This document shows, in pieces, positions 9,201 through 22,800 of a DNA stretch of 64,000 bases (positions are counted from its first letter, which is position 1; every line of letters starts with the position of its first letter). A program made the translations under genes and the position numbers. The notes beneath the pieces were generated by a model that was not told the origin of the DNA, searched no databases, and saw only the letters and a list, made by a program, of their open reading frames with translations. The stretch is from Rhizodiscina lignyota (lineage: Eukaryota). Location of the stretch: NCBI GenBank assembly GCA_010015805.1, contig ML978124.1:930001-994000 (forward strand), in the 5' to 3' direction.

Positions 9201-11914
9201 TATTGAAATGCAGGCGAAGATTCAGTCGGAAAAGGCAATAGTTGAGGCAGCCCCATCGATGAATCATCCGCTGCCGCAACAAATCCAGAGTGCGGGCTCA
9301 ACACCGCGTGATTTGCAGCAAGACAAGGGAAACCAGCCTCAGTTTGCTCTTCCTCAGAAACCTGCGGCAGTTTCAGAGACCCCGATGCTGGATTCGCTGG
9401 CGAAAGATGCTCAGAATGCGACTTCAATACTGAATGACGTGCTACAAGACAAGGGCAAGGAAAAACAGTCTCATCAGCCGACCCCCCTTCTCGAGCCTGC
9501 GCAGCGAATACCCAAGCGGATAACAAAGCGAGCTCCCTCGCAGACATCACGATCTACTGTGAAGCTTTCAGAAGCTTCAAAGTACTCAGGAGCTTCGAAG
9601 CCTTCAGAAGCTCCGAGGCCGTCAGAAGTTCTGGAGTCATCAGGAGCTCCGAAGCCGCTGGAAGCCCCAAAGCCTTCAAAAGCTCCGAGGCCGCCAGAAA
9701 CCTCGAAGCCTTCAGAAGCCCCAAAACCTTCGGAAGCCACAAAGCCTCTTGTCGGGTCAGTACTTTCCAAACCTCATCTTGAGCCTGCCGCAGAGATTGT
9801 TGAACCTCCTCCTCGTGATGTGAATCAGCGACAAAACTTCCAAAGTGAAACATTAGAGACTCCCATTGTCGAGACCAGCATGGACTCAACTACAGATCAC
9901 GTACTCTCTCAAACTACTGGCATTATTCCGAGCGGATCTCAGTCATTCAAGCCAACCATTTCCAAGGAAGTGACAGCAGCTGTACCCATCTCAGAGTCTC
10001 ATTCATCGAATGAAGTAGCGAACAGTCCATCAACTACTGTACCAGCTCCAAAGGATCCTATCACACGGTCACCACTGGCGCTTCGTCTAACCAGGAATCC
10101 CGAGGATGTCTTCCAAGGCCGAGTTTCGGGACCTATCCATCAAGCGCTCGCGGCTATGGCAGATAGTGAACTAACGATTGCCTTTCGGATATTAAATGAT
10201 ACACCTGAGGCAAGAGACAACATTCAAACATTCCGGAACTGCTTAGATGCTTTCGCCAGAGCGCAAACAGCCGATGATGAAGCTGACGCTACGCAAGCCG
10301 GTATGCGCACGGCTGAACCGCAGAATCGCGGCAGCAACGCCTCAAACGCCTTGGTAACCGATTCAGATGTGTCCAACTCCAGGCGACCAAAAGAAATTAA
10401 TCACAGGCCCAATCTAAGTGGCCAGGAATCAACACGCTCAACACAGTCTGCGATCAACCAATCAAACGAGTCTGAGAAGATCACCGCCCAAGCCAATGAT
10501 GGCAATGTTGCACAGTCACAGTATGTGGATTCAGACGAAGCCCCAAACCAACGCTTGCCCCGGCACTTTTCTCTCTCACAAGTCTGTGCACTCGCACTTC
10601 TTAGCACTCCAAGCCGAAGACTATCGCATCCCCAAATTTGCAATTGGATTTCCTCACAAAACTTGTTCAAATATAGATCAAGTGACCCTACAAAGTGGAA
10701 GACTAGCATGAGCGCTATTTTAAGCGGGAATGTGAATTTTGAGCGAACCCCTGCGATGCCCGGCGACGACGGTTACGCATTCTATACGTTTGTGAAGGGT
10801 AAGGCGAAGGACTTCAAACACCTCAATCCTAAGGAGGGCCAGGTGGAGGAGGGAGCAACAGCAAGCCAGTCACTTCTTGGCAGCCCTGTGTCAAAGAAGA
10901 CGACCTTAAAATCACCAAAAGAAGCTTCGACAGAACAGAACCACAGGGGTCGAACATCAGAGCTCCGTCGGGATGCAGTAGATTCCAGTTCATCGCCTGT
11001 TCGCCATCGGATCAAGCCCACGCGCAAAACCACCGCTCAAACTACGTCGAGTCGAGTTGAAACACAATTGTTGGAGCGTTCGTCCGATGCAGAAGTCGAA
11101 CAACAGCGCGGTCAAAAGAGACTTCGACGATTCAGTCCTCGTCATGACGATGATGTCGACATGGAGGAAGCGCCGAATTCGGCCGAGCGTGCCTCCAGGC
11201 CAACCGGCAGACAGAATGTCGCATCTCACTACGATGGCTATCCTACAATTGATGAAATGATTGCTCGTCATGTCCCAGTCGAGGACCATCTCTGGAACCT
11301 GTCCGACTCTGATGATGCCTTCAATCCTTTTGAGGAACGCCCTTCCTCTGAAGACGGCGATGACGAGTTGCTCGCGCTTATCGACTCCAATGATGAGAAG
11401 GCTGAGTTCGAGGACAAAGATCTGTTCGCTGTTCGGCCGGAACTTCATCCCGATGTGGTGTTACTCGACTTCGAAGCTAGGAGACAAGAAATCGAAGCGC
11501 GTCCCACTCGCAAGCAGTTGAATGGCCATTTCGATCCTGTGCCTCGAGCCGATGTCCAAGAGAAATACGGAGTGCTGCCTCACCGCGTCCGTGGCAAACA
11601 AAAAGAGATCGAGCTTCCGGTGTTGGAAGACGATGATCTGGGCAACTTGGGAGGCGATGAGGCTGCCCGTCCGCGGAGTGAGCGCTGGAAGGTCGTGAAT
11701 ACGATTGAGGATGCGTTTGAACTGCCTGATGATATGATCAAGTTCACGTACGAAGGGCAGCTGGCCTGGAGAGATGGAACTAGAGTATGAGTGCTCTCTC
11801 TGACTATATTTGACTTCTACTGACCATCTATAACAGGTGAACGGAGAGTTGCCGAGGCCAAAGACTGTGTACAAAGTTGGTCGGGTTGAGGAGTCGCGTA
11901 CACGGTCGAAGTGA
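6204..11914 (+). CDS. Large chromatin-type protein: Set1-associated RRM-like (SET_assoc) domain, PHD finger and forkhead/winged-helix-like domain; no SET domain
   Basis: Exon 1 (6204-6278, MGNTQSKEP...FEN) joins in phase 0 across intron 6279-6828 (GTAAGT...GCTAAC...TACAG) to the 1662-aa ORF. Last intron 11785-11836, stop at 11912-11914. PHIFITSETVPVLSSTVKHL...DQDGYYVFFE...LLFNQYEMRM resembles SET_assoc; CHRC...CVTCVRRFHDAC...WQCNHC is a PHD finger; SLSQVCALAL...LSHPQICNWI...WKTSMSAILS...FER resembles a forkhead domain. Confidence 0.75.
6341..6739 (+). ncRNA. Intron-encoded box C/D (possibly composite C/D-H/ACA) scaRNA-like guide RNA; predicted targets U5 Um41 and U2 Um47
   Basis: Terminal stem GCC/GGC plus a perfect 10-bp outer stem CTCCGCGGCT (6330-6339) / AGCCGCGGAG (6745-6754). 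C box ATGATTA 6345-6351; guide CTGGTAAAAGG 6356-6366; D' CTTA 6368-6371; C' ATGAAGT 6707-6713; guide TAAACTGAAAAGA 6719-6731; D box CTGA 6733-6736. Confidence 0.8.
8623..8802 (+). repeat. Intragenic duplication of ~57 nt (NPVPTDLTPAPATEMSDAP twice)
   Basis: Copies at 8623-8679 and 8746-8802 differ only at synonymous positions. Confidence 0.9.
9562..9747 (+). repeat. Degenerate 18-nt coding tandem repeat (EAPKPS-like hexapeptide, ~10 copies)
   Basis: Recurrent AAGCCTTCAGAAGC(T/C)CC units encoding SEASKYSGASKPSEAPRPSE...PSEAPKPSEATKP. Confidence 0.8.
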
Positions 11915-12222
11915 ACCGTGAGTTTCGGGTTATATGCACGATTAGCACGATAATAATTATACCCCTTGCTAAGAGAGTGCTTTCTGCCAAAGCTTTGCGG
12001 TCTAGCTTGTATACAGATAAATACAAGTACATATTTCGGCTTTTAAACACATTGGCGGCCAGGTATCTTGGCGCCCTTGAGCATACGGAGTAGTGATGCA
12101 CCAAAACCACCGCCTTCACGCGTTCGTTGGAGAGTGCAGTTCCCGTACGATGTGAAATAAATATTCATTAATGCTACCTATACAAGGATGCCGCCATATA
12201 GTACTACGGACGACGTTGAACC

Positions 12223-14903
12223 TCAACCAAACCTCAAGTTCTTTGAAGGATCCCACCGTCCGTCTACTGGTCCATTTTCCTTGCTTGCATTCTGCTTCGG
12301 TGGCGTCGACAAGCCACTGAACCTAATCCCCATCTCCGGGTTCCACATATTTGCTACAGGTGTTTGCGGAAGTCTGTTGGGCTGTGGAGCCGCAATAGGC
12401 TCTTGACTCGGCGCGGGTTCGTTGTAAGGCGGGTTATGCATCATTGACTGCCGCTGCTGCTGGAGATGGTTCTGCGTGGGATTGATATTGAGATTTGATA
12501 AGTGAGACGTGGTGGCGATTTCTCTGTTGACCGTATTAGCGAATGTAGCGCCCCCCATACACCGCTTGCAGGAGTAAACTTACTGTTCTAGTTGGCTTGC
12601 TTCTGCTCGCCTAGTGTATGCGAAATTCCTGCAATCGTCTCTAAACTTTCCCACAATCTTAGCAAGGTCGTTGTAGAACTTCCTCCCCGCATCCAAGTTG
12701 CTGATGATCTCTTTGTACTTGAAGAACGCATTCTCCAAGCTCTGCAAAGCCCTCTCCCGCTCTTTCGTGCTCGAGTCGCCCTTTCTGGCCGATGCAAAAG
12801 CCGTATTCGCATCCTCTAGTCGCGTTGAAATGGAACTTTGTTCATCGTCCTCCTCCGCAACCATGCTCTTATCGGAGTCGTATGTTCCCAGCCGTCGATC
12901 AAACAGATCCTCGAACTGCACAGCTTCAATCTTCTGCATTGGGTACTCGCGTTCAAGGCGAGAGGCTTCCTTGAGCAGCTCAGGGTTGACATCATCCTGC
13001 TTCGCCTTCGCTCTCAACGCCTCGATCTTCCTTCTCCTTCGGCTCTCCAGCCTGCTAACCTCATTTAAGCAGCCCCTTAGTTTGCTCGCTTCTTTCTCCA
13101 CCGCTGGTGACATAGTAGCCCGTCTTGCACTCGGCACAAAGTGCTCCAACTCCTTGTCATTGCCGCTCAGGAGTCTTATAAGCTTCTCGTTCTCTCTCAG
13201 CTTCTTCTGCACCGTGTCATCGCTGTTTCCTGCGACTTTCAAATACCCCTCAATCTCTCCAATCTGCGCGTATAACTTAGGTACGGCATCTTGTGGCGTT
13301 GGCCTATTCCATCGATCTGTGCCATATTTTCGTCTGTATCTTTCGTCTTCGGCAGCCTCGGACTGCAGCAGGTTGACACCTTCCTGATATATGGCTCGAT
13401 CTGATTCCTTCAGCTTGTTTGTCTCGTCGATGGAACGATGAAGCCGGTTGATCCCATCTTGCTGCCGAACCTCCTCGGCATGGGAGACAAGCCCAGGTGG
13501 AAGGCCAAGCGGCTTTTCGAGAGCTTGAAGGGATCCTGGAAGATTCAGCGACTTGAGCAGTTCGTGGAGCTTGGAAGTCATATTCTCGAGCTCATCGATC
13601 GTCTGGTTGACAAGGCGGTCACGCCGGTCGACGTAGATACTCGCAGCAACGTGCACGGAATACGGTACCAGCTTTGAGAACAATGGCCGGCCCAGTTCCC
13701 CATGGTCCCCTAACATAGAAGTCGCCTCTGACACTTCCTTTGGCACTTTCGCAGAGACCATTGTGGCACGATCGATTTTCTTGAGTTCTGGTTTCGCTGG
13801 CACTGGTAGGAGGTAGATCATATCGTTGTCCTTCTCTGCTCTCTTCAGATCCTCCGAGACCCGCTCTCGTAGGCCATTCAGATCTCCCAAAACCATCTTG
13901 TTCACGTATCTCGCCTCTTTTAGCGCCACGTTAATGCAAGTTAGACTATCCCTGAGCCTTGCCACTTCTTCCCCGTACTTCTTCTTTTCCAAACAATCAC
14001 AGGCCGCGCGATACTGTGCTGCCGCAGCGAAATGATGGTGCTTCGCGTTCATGTGGTGCATCCACTCGCTGCTGATGGCGTCGCTTTTGACACCGAAGTC
14101 TCCAGCATCTGAGTACAGGTCTGAAACTTTTGCGGCCAGCTTCGAGATGGAAGCGTCCTTCAAGCCGTCCTTGACCGCCTTTTGCCAAAAGCACTCCTGT
14201 CCTTGCGCAAGCATCAAATGTTCAAGGCTCTCCAGAGTCGCGGCATCCATGTCGTCGGGTGGTGTTGTACGCATATCGGGGATGATGTCAGTCTTCAGGA
14301 ACGACAAGACTCCAGCAGCAAGGCAGAAGTAGTTGCATGCAATCTTGAGGCCTTCGGGGGAGCCGCGATTGGAGGAGAAGGCAAGTTGAGAATACATCGC
14401 TGCCAGATTATAGAGGATATTGGCGAGCTCAAATCGAAGGTTGTCTTGTGAGGCTGCTAAGGGTTAGTAAGTGGAAGAGGTGCAGATGTGGTGGCCTTAC
14501 TGAGCTGCTGTGTATTGTATCCCAGAGCAGCATACCATGGAAAATCGACGCCAATCTGTTATTCCGTGAGCCACAGTCTCCTCGAGAAATAGAACAGTAT
14601 GCTCCTACGTCTATTGGGAACTTCCCACTCATCCACATCAACTGCGCAGCATAGCACTGTAGCTTCTTTATACCCGAAGGATGCGGCTCCTGCGCATGTA
14701 TTGCTCCATTCCTAAGTTCCTCTATCGTATTCAGGTCGCTCGCGAACATGTCAGGGTGCTGGTCGTATTTCGTCGAGATGTACTGTTTGATGGCATCGGC
14801 CATACGGACTGGCACTGAGCGCCGGAAAGGCAGGAAAAGTATGTTTCTAGGAACAAATTAGTATCTATACGCCTTTGGGCTTCTGCCATGCTTACGAAGT
14901 CAT
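12223..14903 (-). CDS. RIM20: pH-response regulator PalA/Rim20 (BRO1 plus ALIX V domain)
   Basis: MTS|NILFLPFRRS start; KYDQHPDMF, GKFPID, LMLAQGQECFWQKA, LKRAEKDNDMIYL, GRKFYNDL; C-terminal MWNPEMGIRF / GRWDPSKNLRFG. Introns at ~14848-14895, ~14552-14608, ~14456-14500 and ~12524-12583. Confidence 0.92.
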
Positions 14904-15194
14904 TTTTGGGCGCTTTGTTTACTTTGCGCCGTTTATGGTAACGGTGAGGAAAGTCGGCTTGAGAGTTGGAAGCAATGTTAATGTGGGGGGCGACTCAAGG
15001 TGACGTCGCTCAAGAATCCTCTCAAAGTTCATGTCGTCAACCTTAAAAGCCCTCTCTCACCACACATCATTCGCGGCGTGTCATGGATACGCGTGTACTA
15101 CCTCCGCAGTTTATACACTCGTGGTATTAAGTCTCTGGACCCAATTGGGTCGATATCCTCGCACGATTAAAAGCTCCAGACGTCCGTCTCCACC

Positions 15195-15644
15195 ATGTCC
15201 TCAAAGTCACCCGAGGAACGGGTCAAACAGACGGCTGCATACTATGTCAAAGCATGGGGCGGTAAGTGATACATCCATTCTGCTCACTTCAGTTTCATCT
15301 AATCAGTATGCGCAGAAAATCCTCTTCCGGCGACGGTCCTCGCAACCCTCATCACGGCGCAGCATATGCGCCCTTTCCGACTGCTTCCCATGCTCTTCCC
15401 TCCCGTCCTACTCTTCTCCTCGTATATGAACATTGCCGGGTACAAAGTTGATAGTGCGGGAACTACGGCTGCGTGGAGCGCGATATACTGGCTACTTGCG
15501 GGCCGACGGAAACAGGGCATATACAGCAAGTTCGGAACCAGAGGTCTCATCAGGGGCGCAACGTTAGGATTGTGTGCTGCCAATGTAGTAGGGGGAGGAT
15601 GGGCTTGGATGATGGGCAGAAGGAAAGAGGAGGACGCGAATTGA
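15195..15644 (+). CDS. Small membrane protein, AIM19-like family
   Basis: MSSKSPEERVKQTAAYYVKAWG, intron ~15262-15315, then ENPLPATVLATLITAQHMRP...PPVLLFSSYMNIAGYKVDSAGTTAAWS...KFGTRGLIRGA. Confidence 0.7.
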
Positions 15645-15775
15645 TCATGAGAGAAGATGGGAGGACCTTGTCTGCATGGACGGACTTCTGTATTATAGAG
15701 CCTTCACTGTACAGTGGCTGGCGCGACATAGCACATGCAAATATTTGGCATATCATGGGGAATGCATGCTTCCCA

Positions 15776-18552
15776 TCATCTATTCAGACTCAGCAGACCC
15801 TCCACATATCGCCGTGCATCTACACCAATCCCCTCGGCCAGTCTGGCCGGGCCCCAACCCGCCTGGGAACCCCCAGTTCGTAATGAAGACGTACCTCCAC
15901 CAAGACCAAGAGTCCACATGCCGCTCGTGCTCCTCGCCCCAGATTTCGACCCACTCGAAGACGTTACATCGCGAGCCTGGCGGATGAGGATGGCTTCTCG
16001 ATGCGAAGCTGGCATCTTCGGCGCTGGCTCGAGAGATTCTTCTGGAACCGGCGGCGCGGGCATGTGCGCCTCTCCACTTAGTAGAGTCACGCTGCTTGCG
16101 CTCGACGTTACAGGTTGCAGTGAGGAGGACTCAGCTCCACCACCTTCAATAGTCGAGATACCACTGTTGGAAGCTGCATATGTAGCATTGACCCTCATCC
16201 ACACAACCCACCACCCGCGACTCGTCTTAGCGGTACGCTCAAGCTCTCCCGCTGCATCTGCTTGATGAGTTGCCGCAACTGTCGTGAGGATCTGTGAGTG
16301 AACGTTGAGTGCTTCGACCCGAGTCCATGGTGGACCTGTTCCTGAAAGAGCCAGGCCTTCGGCGCCCAGTGTGCCTGGCTGCGGAATGTTTGGGATGCTG
16401 GTATGAAGCGTCATGCTATTAGGGTCAAAGATTAGGTCAAAGATGGGCTGCTGTTCCACATCCTTTGAAGAGGCTGGCTTCGGGGCTGGCATGGTGGTTA
16501 GACTGTGGGAGGATGCAGCAGCTATGCGTGCCGCGACTCTCGTTGGATCCGTACTATTACTCAAGGGTCGATGAAGTGGTCCAAAGAAGGTGTGGAGGTT
16601 GCGGTAGAATGATGGCATGGCAAGAGAGTCCGTCCGTGGGTGGAATAAGAAAGTGTAGATGAAAGGGCGATGCTTCAACCACTGTTAGCCACTTGCATGC
16701 CGTAAGACATTCTATGAACAAATGAACATACCACATAGACGATAACTCTCAGCCTCGTGTAACTTGGTTTGCCATCTTGCGCGACCTTCTCTAAGGTGTC
16801 TGGTTCGTTGATATAGCTCCGTGCAGGAGGTGAAGGTCTGGTTAACTCGACGTGGAGAGTCCTAATTAGGGTCCTGCTATTCCACTCACTGCCTCCAATT
16901 GCGCTTTCGGCCTCTGACGGCGGGTCATCGTCTTCGAGCTCATCATCCAAACCACCCCTTAGGCCAACGATGAAATGGCCAGTATTCTCGGCATTGACCT
17001 GCGCCGTGATTCGATCCTCTAGACGTCTTCCTTCAGGCTCTGGGTCCAAGAACTGCATCAATCGCTCTGGCTCTGGCTCTGGCTCGGCCGCTGGAGCTTC
17101 ACGCCGCTGTGCGTTAGAAGCGGCCGGTGTACCGGATGGCTCTCTTGGCACTTGAGGTCTTTTGCTGCTGCCGGGTCCCCAAGCAGAGCCATATCCCAGT
17201 GTGAGATATTTCGTCCATCCATCTTCCGCTCCCGGCGACCTGCTTCTCTCAGCTTCCTGCTGTCTTCCACGCTCCAGCTCCGCCGTCTGCTCAGCCTCTG
17301 CAGCCGCAGATGCCCTATCCAAACTCTGCTCAACTGCGCTCAATATTGGTGGTGGAATTGTGGGGTACTCTCTCGTGCTTGCCTTCCGTCCCGGCCGTCC
17401 TCTAGATGCTGCTTTGGGATGCCCGTTGGGATGCTCCTTTTTCCGCCTCTTTCTTCGCTCCGACCCAGGGCTGTCCTTGACACCATATGCCTGTTCACCG
17501 TAGGTGAATATCTGCTGCGCCCAATCCGCAATGTTGCATAGCGATAGCCTCGAGACGGCACCAATTCCAGAGAAGACAACTCCGTCGGCAGGGCCCGCAG
17601 AGACACCCATGCCCATCCACGGCTCAGGTTCTTCTGCAACTACCGTCTTCGCCCTCTTCTCGTGTGTTGGTGACTTGGCTCGCAGCTGCTCCGGTGATGG
17701 CTCTCCAAACCTCGACACCACCATATCCACCAGTCCCTCAGTTTGATCGGCGAAGTGCTCAAAGACCTCCCTCTCTCCACTTCCCCACTCCTCTTCACCA
17801 ACTCCAACCCCCAGCTCGCCTCCGGCAGAAAGCTTGATGCCATGATATATCTCCACTGCCGGATTGCCATGCAGCAAAACGTCCCAATTGTTCGCGAAGC
17901 GCGTCCAATACCTCTCCAGTGCTCCGGAGAACTTCGCCCGCTGTAGCTTCGCGTACAGATCCGTGAGCGAGGGTCCGTGATGCAAGCAGAATATCCTGTG
18001 CGCGCGTAAAACCTGCCCGATGAGCAGCATCGGCGGACTGACCTCCCTCGCCGAGTACTCGACCGCAAGCTGCTGCTCCGCGTGTGCGCCCGACGCACTC
18101 TTCCCAGCCGGACTCGGCGCGCCAGGGATGCGCGTAAGGTCAATCGACTGTGCAAGAATCAGCAACCACCATTCTCATGCGCTCAGGCCATCGACACGAC
18201 ATACAGCAAGCACCCACCAGCCCTCCTCCACCTCCCGCAGCACGATGCGGCTCTTCTCCGTCTCCACGCTGTCCATGGCCTCGCCGTCGCTGAAGCTGCG
18301 CGCAAAGTCGACCATGCCCTGCGCCAGGCCAATCTGCCTCAGCTTCTCGTTCTCCTCCTCCCTCTGCAGCTGCTCGTGCTCCGCCTCCTCGCCATGCTGG
18401 CCGGCGTCTTTCCGGCGCGCGCGCGCCGCGCGGGACCAGTAGAAGACGACTTGGTCGCGGAAGGTCTCGTCGGTGGTGCCGAGGGAGGGGTTGTAGATTG
18501 CGAGGAAGGAGAGCTGGGCTGGGACGGCCTTGGAGGGTGCTTCGGAGGACAT
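15776..18552 (-). CDS. CCZ1: Vacuolar fusion protein Ccz1 (Mon1-Ccz1 GEF subunit, longin domains)
   Basis: PAQLSFLAIYNPSLGTTDETFRDQVVFY, ENEKLRQIGLAQGMVDFARSFS, GGELGVGVGEEEWGSGEREV, GIGVDARRYVEGLLSLNR. Introns at ~18148-18204 and ~16673-16730. Confidence 0.9.
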
Positions 18553-19857
18553 TGACGCCGCGACGTCATGGAAGAGGCATGGTTATATTTGGGTCTTGGA
18601 GGGAAGAGGAAGCGAGGAGAGCGAGGGCCTCGAGATAATTGGAAAACTGGTTTCACTAAGTAGTTGGGTAGAGGTGTCTAAATATATTCCTCGTAGAAAA
18701 GACATCATGATGATCATCGTCGACGTCTTGAATAGCATCTCATGCAGGAGGATCGGGACTAGACCTAATTCATGCACCATGGTTTCGCAGATCTGCTTTC
18801 AACAACATACTCACCCTTTTACATGTTTTCCCTGAGAGAGATTTGCTTTATCTTCATTTAGAAAAATCCGCTGGCGATTAATTCAAGACAATGTGCATTC
18901 GTGTGAGGCTTTCGCATTGAAGCCGTATGTTATTAGGACGTCACAGAGAGAACCATTTTTCAGGTAGACGATATTAAGCTGATACAGCATCTGACTTGGG
19001 CAGTCGTACTGAGACGCCGAGAAAGAGGCCAGGTTGTAGACATTACCACATTTTTTCCAAGTCGGCGGCGCGTTGAAGAGGCTTCGAGCCAAGTCGAACG
19101 CAACGCTCCACGACGGTCCGGCGGACGTGCGCCCCTCATCATACGACTTCACAACACAAGATGAGACACGGTACACAAAATATTTAGGAGTATGCCTTCA
19201 TTCTGATCCTACTCAGACACATTTCAAATCCTTCGCCGTTAAAACAAGTCGCTATATCACAAGAAATATATCCGCCCTGCCGTCAGTAGCTCAAGCTCAC
19301 GCCGTAGCCAAAGAGCAAGCAGATTCACCGTCGGAAAAGGGGGGGAATAAAAGAATCTTGTAACCCCAGTCTATCATTCCCAGTGCCGCGATGACAAGAA
19401 AAAGAAACAAGAAAGTGTGGTGCAGCATTAACGAAGCATAGTCAGAGTCCCTCCATGCATTGCGTGTATGCTTTGTTTGCCCGTAGGTATCTCCCTTTTT
19501 TGTGTGAACTACAGGCAAGAAAACTATTTTTGCATCGGCTTATAAACCGTTCCCAAAAACGCCTTCTCTTGAAGGAAAGTGAGATCTCTCCCTAAATCGA
19601 AAAGAGGTTCTCCCCAAGAGACCCAAAAAGTCCAATGTAACTATAAGAATATTTTGGTCGCGATGATTCGTGGATATCGAGTCAAGAGAGTTGGGAGTCT
19701 TCTGTACAGAGAAGGGTGTCGATGATTACAAACACATGAGAAAGTCGGTTCATCCCCTCGTCTCCATCGTGGCGTAGAAGAAACGTAAGTGTGTGAAAGG
19801 TGAAAGGCGTCGATGGCAGGTCGGTTTCTCATGATGTCGTGAAAAAGGGGTGATTCA

Positions 19858-22800
19858 TCAGTTGGAGTGAGCAGTCTTTAGGATCTCTTCCTCGCCACTC
19901 AAGCTACGGCTCCGTATTTTCTTCATGGTGCCGTTACTTTCGCTCCGGCCAGCCTTTGCGATGCCAGTGGCTTTCCGTGCCCGATGTCGGCCTATCTCGC
20001 CAACATTGACGCTCTCGCTCCTGCTGACGCCCGCCACTCTCTCTCTGCCCTTGGGTCGTGTCATCTCGATGAAGCTGTCGTCTGAATCGTCGTCGCCTGA
20101 CTCGACTGCTGCATCTCCATCACCATCACCGGCGTAGCCATCGTCGTCCTCGTGATGAGATTCGTTGTGTGGTTGTTGGGAATTCGGCTGTGGGTAAATC
20201 GTACTGCTGTCAGAAGGCGGATCCATCGATGATTCTTTCTTCCCGGACGCAAAATCGAGGATAAGCTCATCATCCTCATCAGGCATGATAGACGAGTCGG
20301 CAGAAACAACCGACGGGATAGAAGGATTTGACGTTGATTGCGAAAGTCCAGAAGTAAAGTGATCCTCGGAAGAAGATGACGTTACCAGTCTATTCGGTGG
20401 CAGTGGTGGAAAATGAACAGGGTGTTGCACAGTCTGGGAATCATACGTCGCAGATCGTGGCCGAGCTGCAGCTTCTTCTCGCTGCCTTCTGTAGAAGATC
20501 TCATCATCAGGACTCGGCGGGCACGCTCCCTGACCTAAGAAGCTCCGTGCGCGATTCTGGGATGAGGAAGGCGGTCTGTCCTGTTGCTGCTGTTCTTCCA
20601 CCATGCGTCTTCGGAATGATTCTTCGCGTGCCCTGTCAAATTCTTCTGCGGAACTTGACGAGGGTAGATGATAAGCAAGAGACTCTGGAGGATCTTTGGA
20701 TGCTGTTACCGGACGAAGGCGTGCAGAAGAAACCGAAGATATCGAAGACTGCCTTGAGACACCTTTTTGACGGTGGTATGGGACGTCAGGGGATGTTACT
20801 GACGCTGCGCGAGAGGAAATGGGGGAAGGGTTAGCGCTGCTTGACCTCGACTGTGGCAGATCGGGTTGTTTTAGCAGCCCGGAAGCGATAGTGTTGCTGA
20901 ATGCTAAGCTGGGCTCTGCATGTGGGTCGTCGCTGGTGTCCGTCAAGCGGTCGATCGACCTCCTATCGACTGATGCATCCCTTCCACCTCCTTCTCGATC
21001 TGCCGTGCCACGATCGCGGCTGCGGCCAAAGCTCTTCATAAGTCTTTTGCCTGTGCCACCAAATATGCCGCCAAGGCTGCTGCCACCCGGCGAATCAAGT
21101 GTCTTCGGGGTACTCGGTAAGGCAGGGAATGTCATGTTACCCATGCCGAGATTTCCCAAGCCCAAGCTTTTTGTGATATCCTTCTGACGGAGAGTCTTGC
21201 CACTTGAGGTTGATCCGGAGTTGGTGGAGTTGGCTCGCTCAGAGAGTACTGGCCGTGAGGAGCGGCTAATGTCGCCCCGTCGACCACTCTCATAGTCCAA
21301 ATGCTCCGACTGACCTGGAGCTTTATGGAAACTTGGAAAGTAGTGGTTGCCTTCACGAAGCTCAGGCGATGCGGTTTCGCTTTGTGCAAGCGGATGCTCG
21401 ACTTCTCTCGAGGCTCGTAATGCCGAGAAGATTGAATCGTCGGGTTTTACGCTCACCCTTCGACCATCCTGACTTATGGTGCTGCTAGACGAAGCAGTAG
21501 AAGACAGATTGGAGGCATTCGGGTCGGTTGCAGAACTCTTTGCACGAGCTCTAGTAGATGATGACCGTCCAAGGCCAAGAGAATTGCCAACTTTCCGCAG
21601 CGTTGACACAGTTCTTTCCACCCACGTAAGCTCCACGACAGCGTCGGCGACATCCTTCTGCGAGACTTCGATCTTTGTGGCGGATTCCCTTCCAGGGTCT
21701 GTTTCTTGCAGCCAGACATACGGGTTTCGAATCCCAGTAAGTACCCAAGGATGATGCTTTACTTCGGTCAAATTGATGCGCTTCCTCGGGTCTTTAATGA
21801 ACAGCCGCTTCAGGAGGTCGAAGAGATCATCGTCTACGTCTTCGTACTCGAGGTCAAATGGGCCTCGCTTTTCTCTACCGTGCGGTGAGAACATGCGTCC
21901 TCGGGAGTTTGGCCGTGATGCAGAGCCATTTTCGACGGCTTTTAGGCGTAGACGAGGGATGTGCACCCTGTCCTCAGCGATCTTGGCCATGAGAGCGAAA
22001 GGATTATGATCGTAAAACGGAACGCGACCATATATCAGACAGTACAGCGTCACTCCCAGTGCCCATACATCGATCTGCTGCGTAACGGGAGGGGTTGGCT
22101 CGTCGCTATCCGTTTGGCATAACTCTGGGGCGTAGAAAGCAGGAGTACCAACAGTCTTTGCCAATTCGATTGCCTCGTCGAGATCGGCAGCTTCCGATTC
22201 GGACTCGTCAGCGTTGGCGGATGCCCCTCGCTCCCTGCCTAAGTAAGAGACTCCGAAATCAGATATCTTGACACGACGGTCCCTTGTCTGAAGAAGATTG
22301 GCAGGCTTGATATCGCGATGGATGACACCCTGGTAGTGTAGATATTCCAATCCAAGAACCGTGTCCCTGAAGAAATCGCGAGCTTGGTTGATAGTCAGGA
22401 GAGGCACGTGGTTGAAATTCTCCGGAACATGTGTGTGACGAGGGTCATCGAGTATGCGGGAGCCCATACTTTCGGCTATGCTTGGAGTCCTGCCACGAGC
22501 GAGGTCATCATACGCGCCATACATGGTGCCCTCTAGACCAGTTGCTGTCACGGTTTCGAGGTCATCGACGCAAGGGAATGGATCAAGTTGCTCTTTCATC
22601 ATCTCCGTCGCATCCGTCAACCCTGTAATTGTGGCAAAATCTGTGGTCTGAATGTCTTCTGGCGTTGTTGGAACTGGCTCCGGCGGTGGTACTTGCATAG
22701 GGTCAATGCTGCCGTTCAGATGCACTATGCTTCGATGGCTTCCTGATGTTGTTGAAGAGATGTGTGAAAGGGCATCAAAATTCGTGTCATCCATATCACT

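Noticed and set aside
18707..18835. ATGATGA ... CTGA pair as a possible C/D snoRNA
   Set aside because: No terminal stem and no recognisable rRNA or snRNA antisense element.
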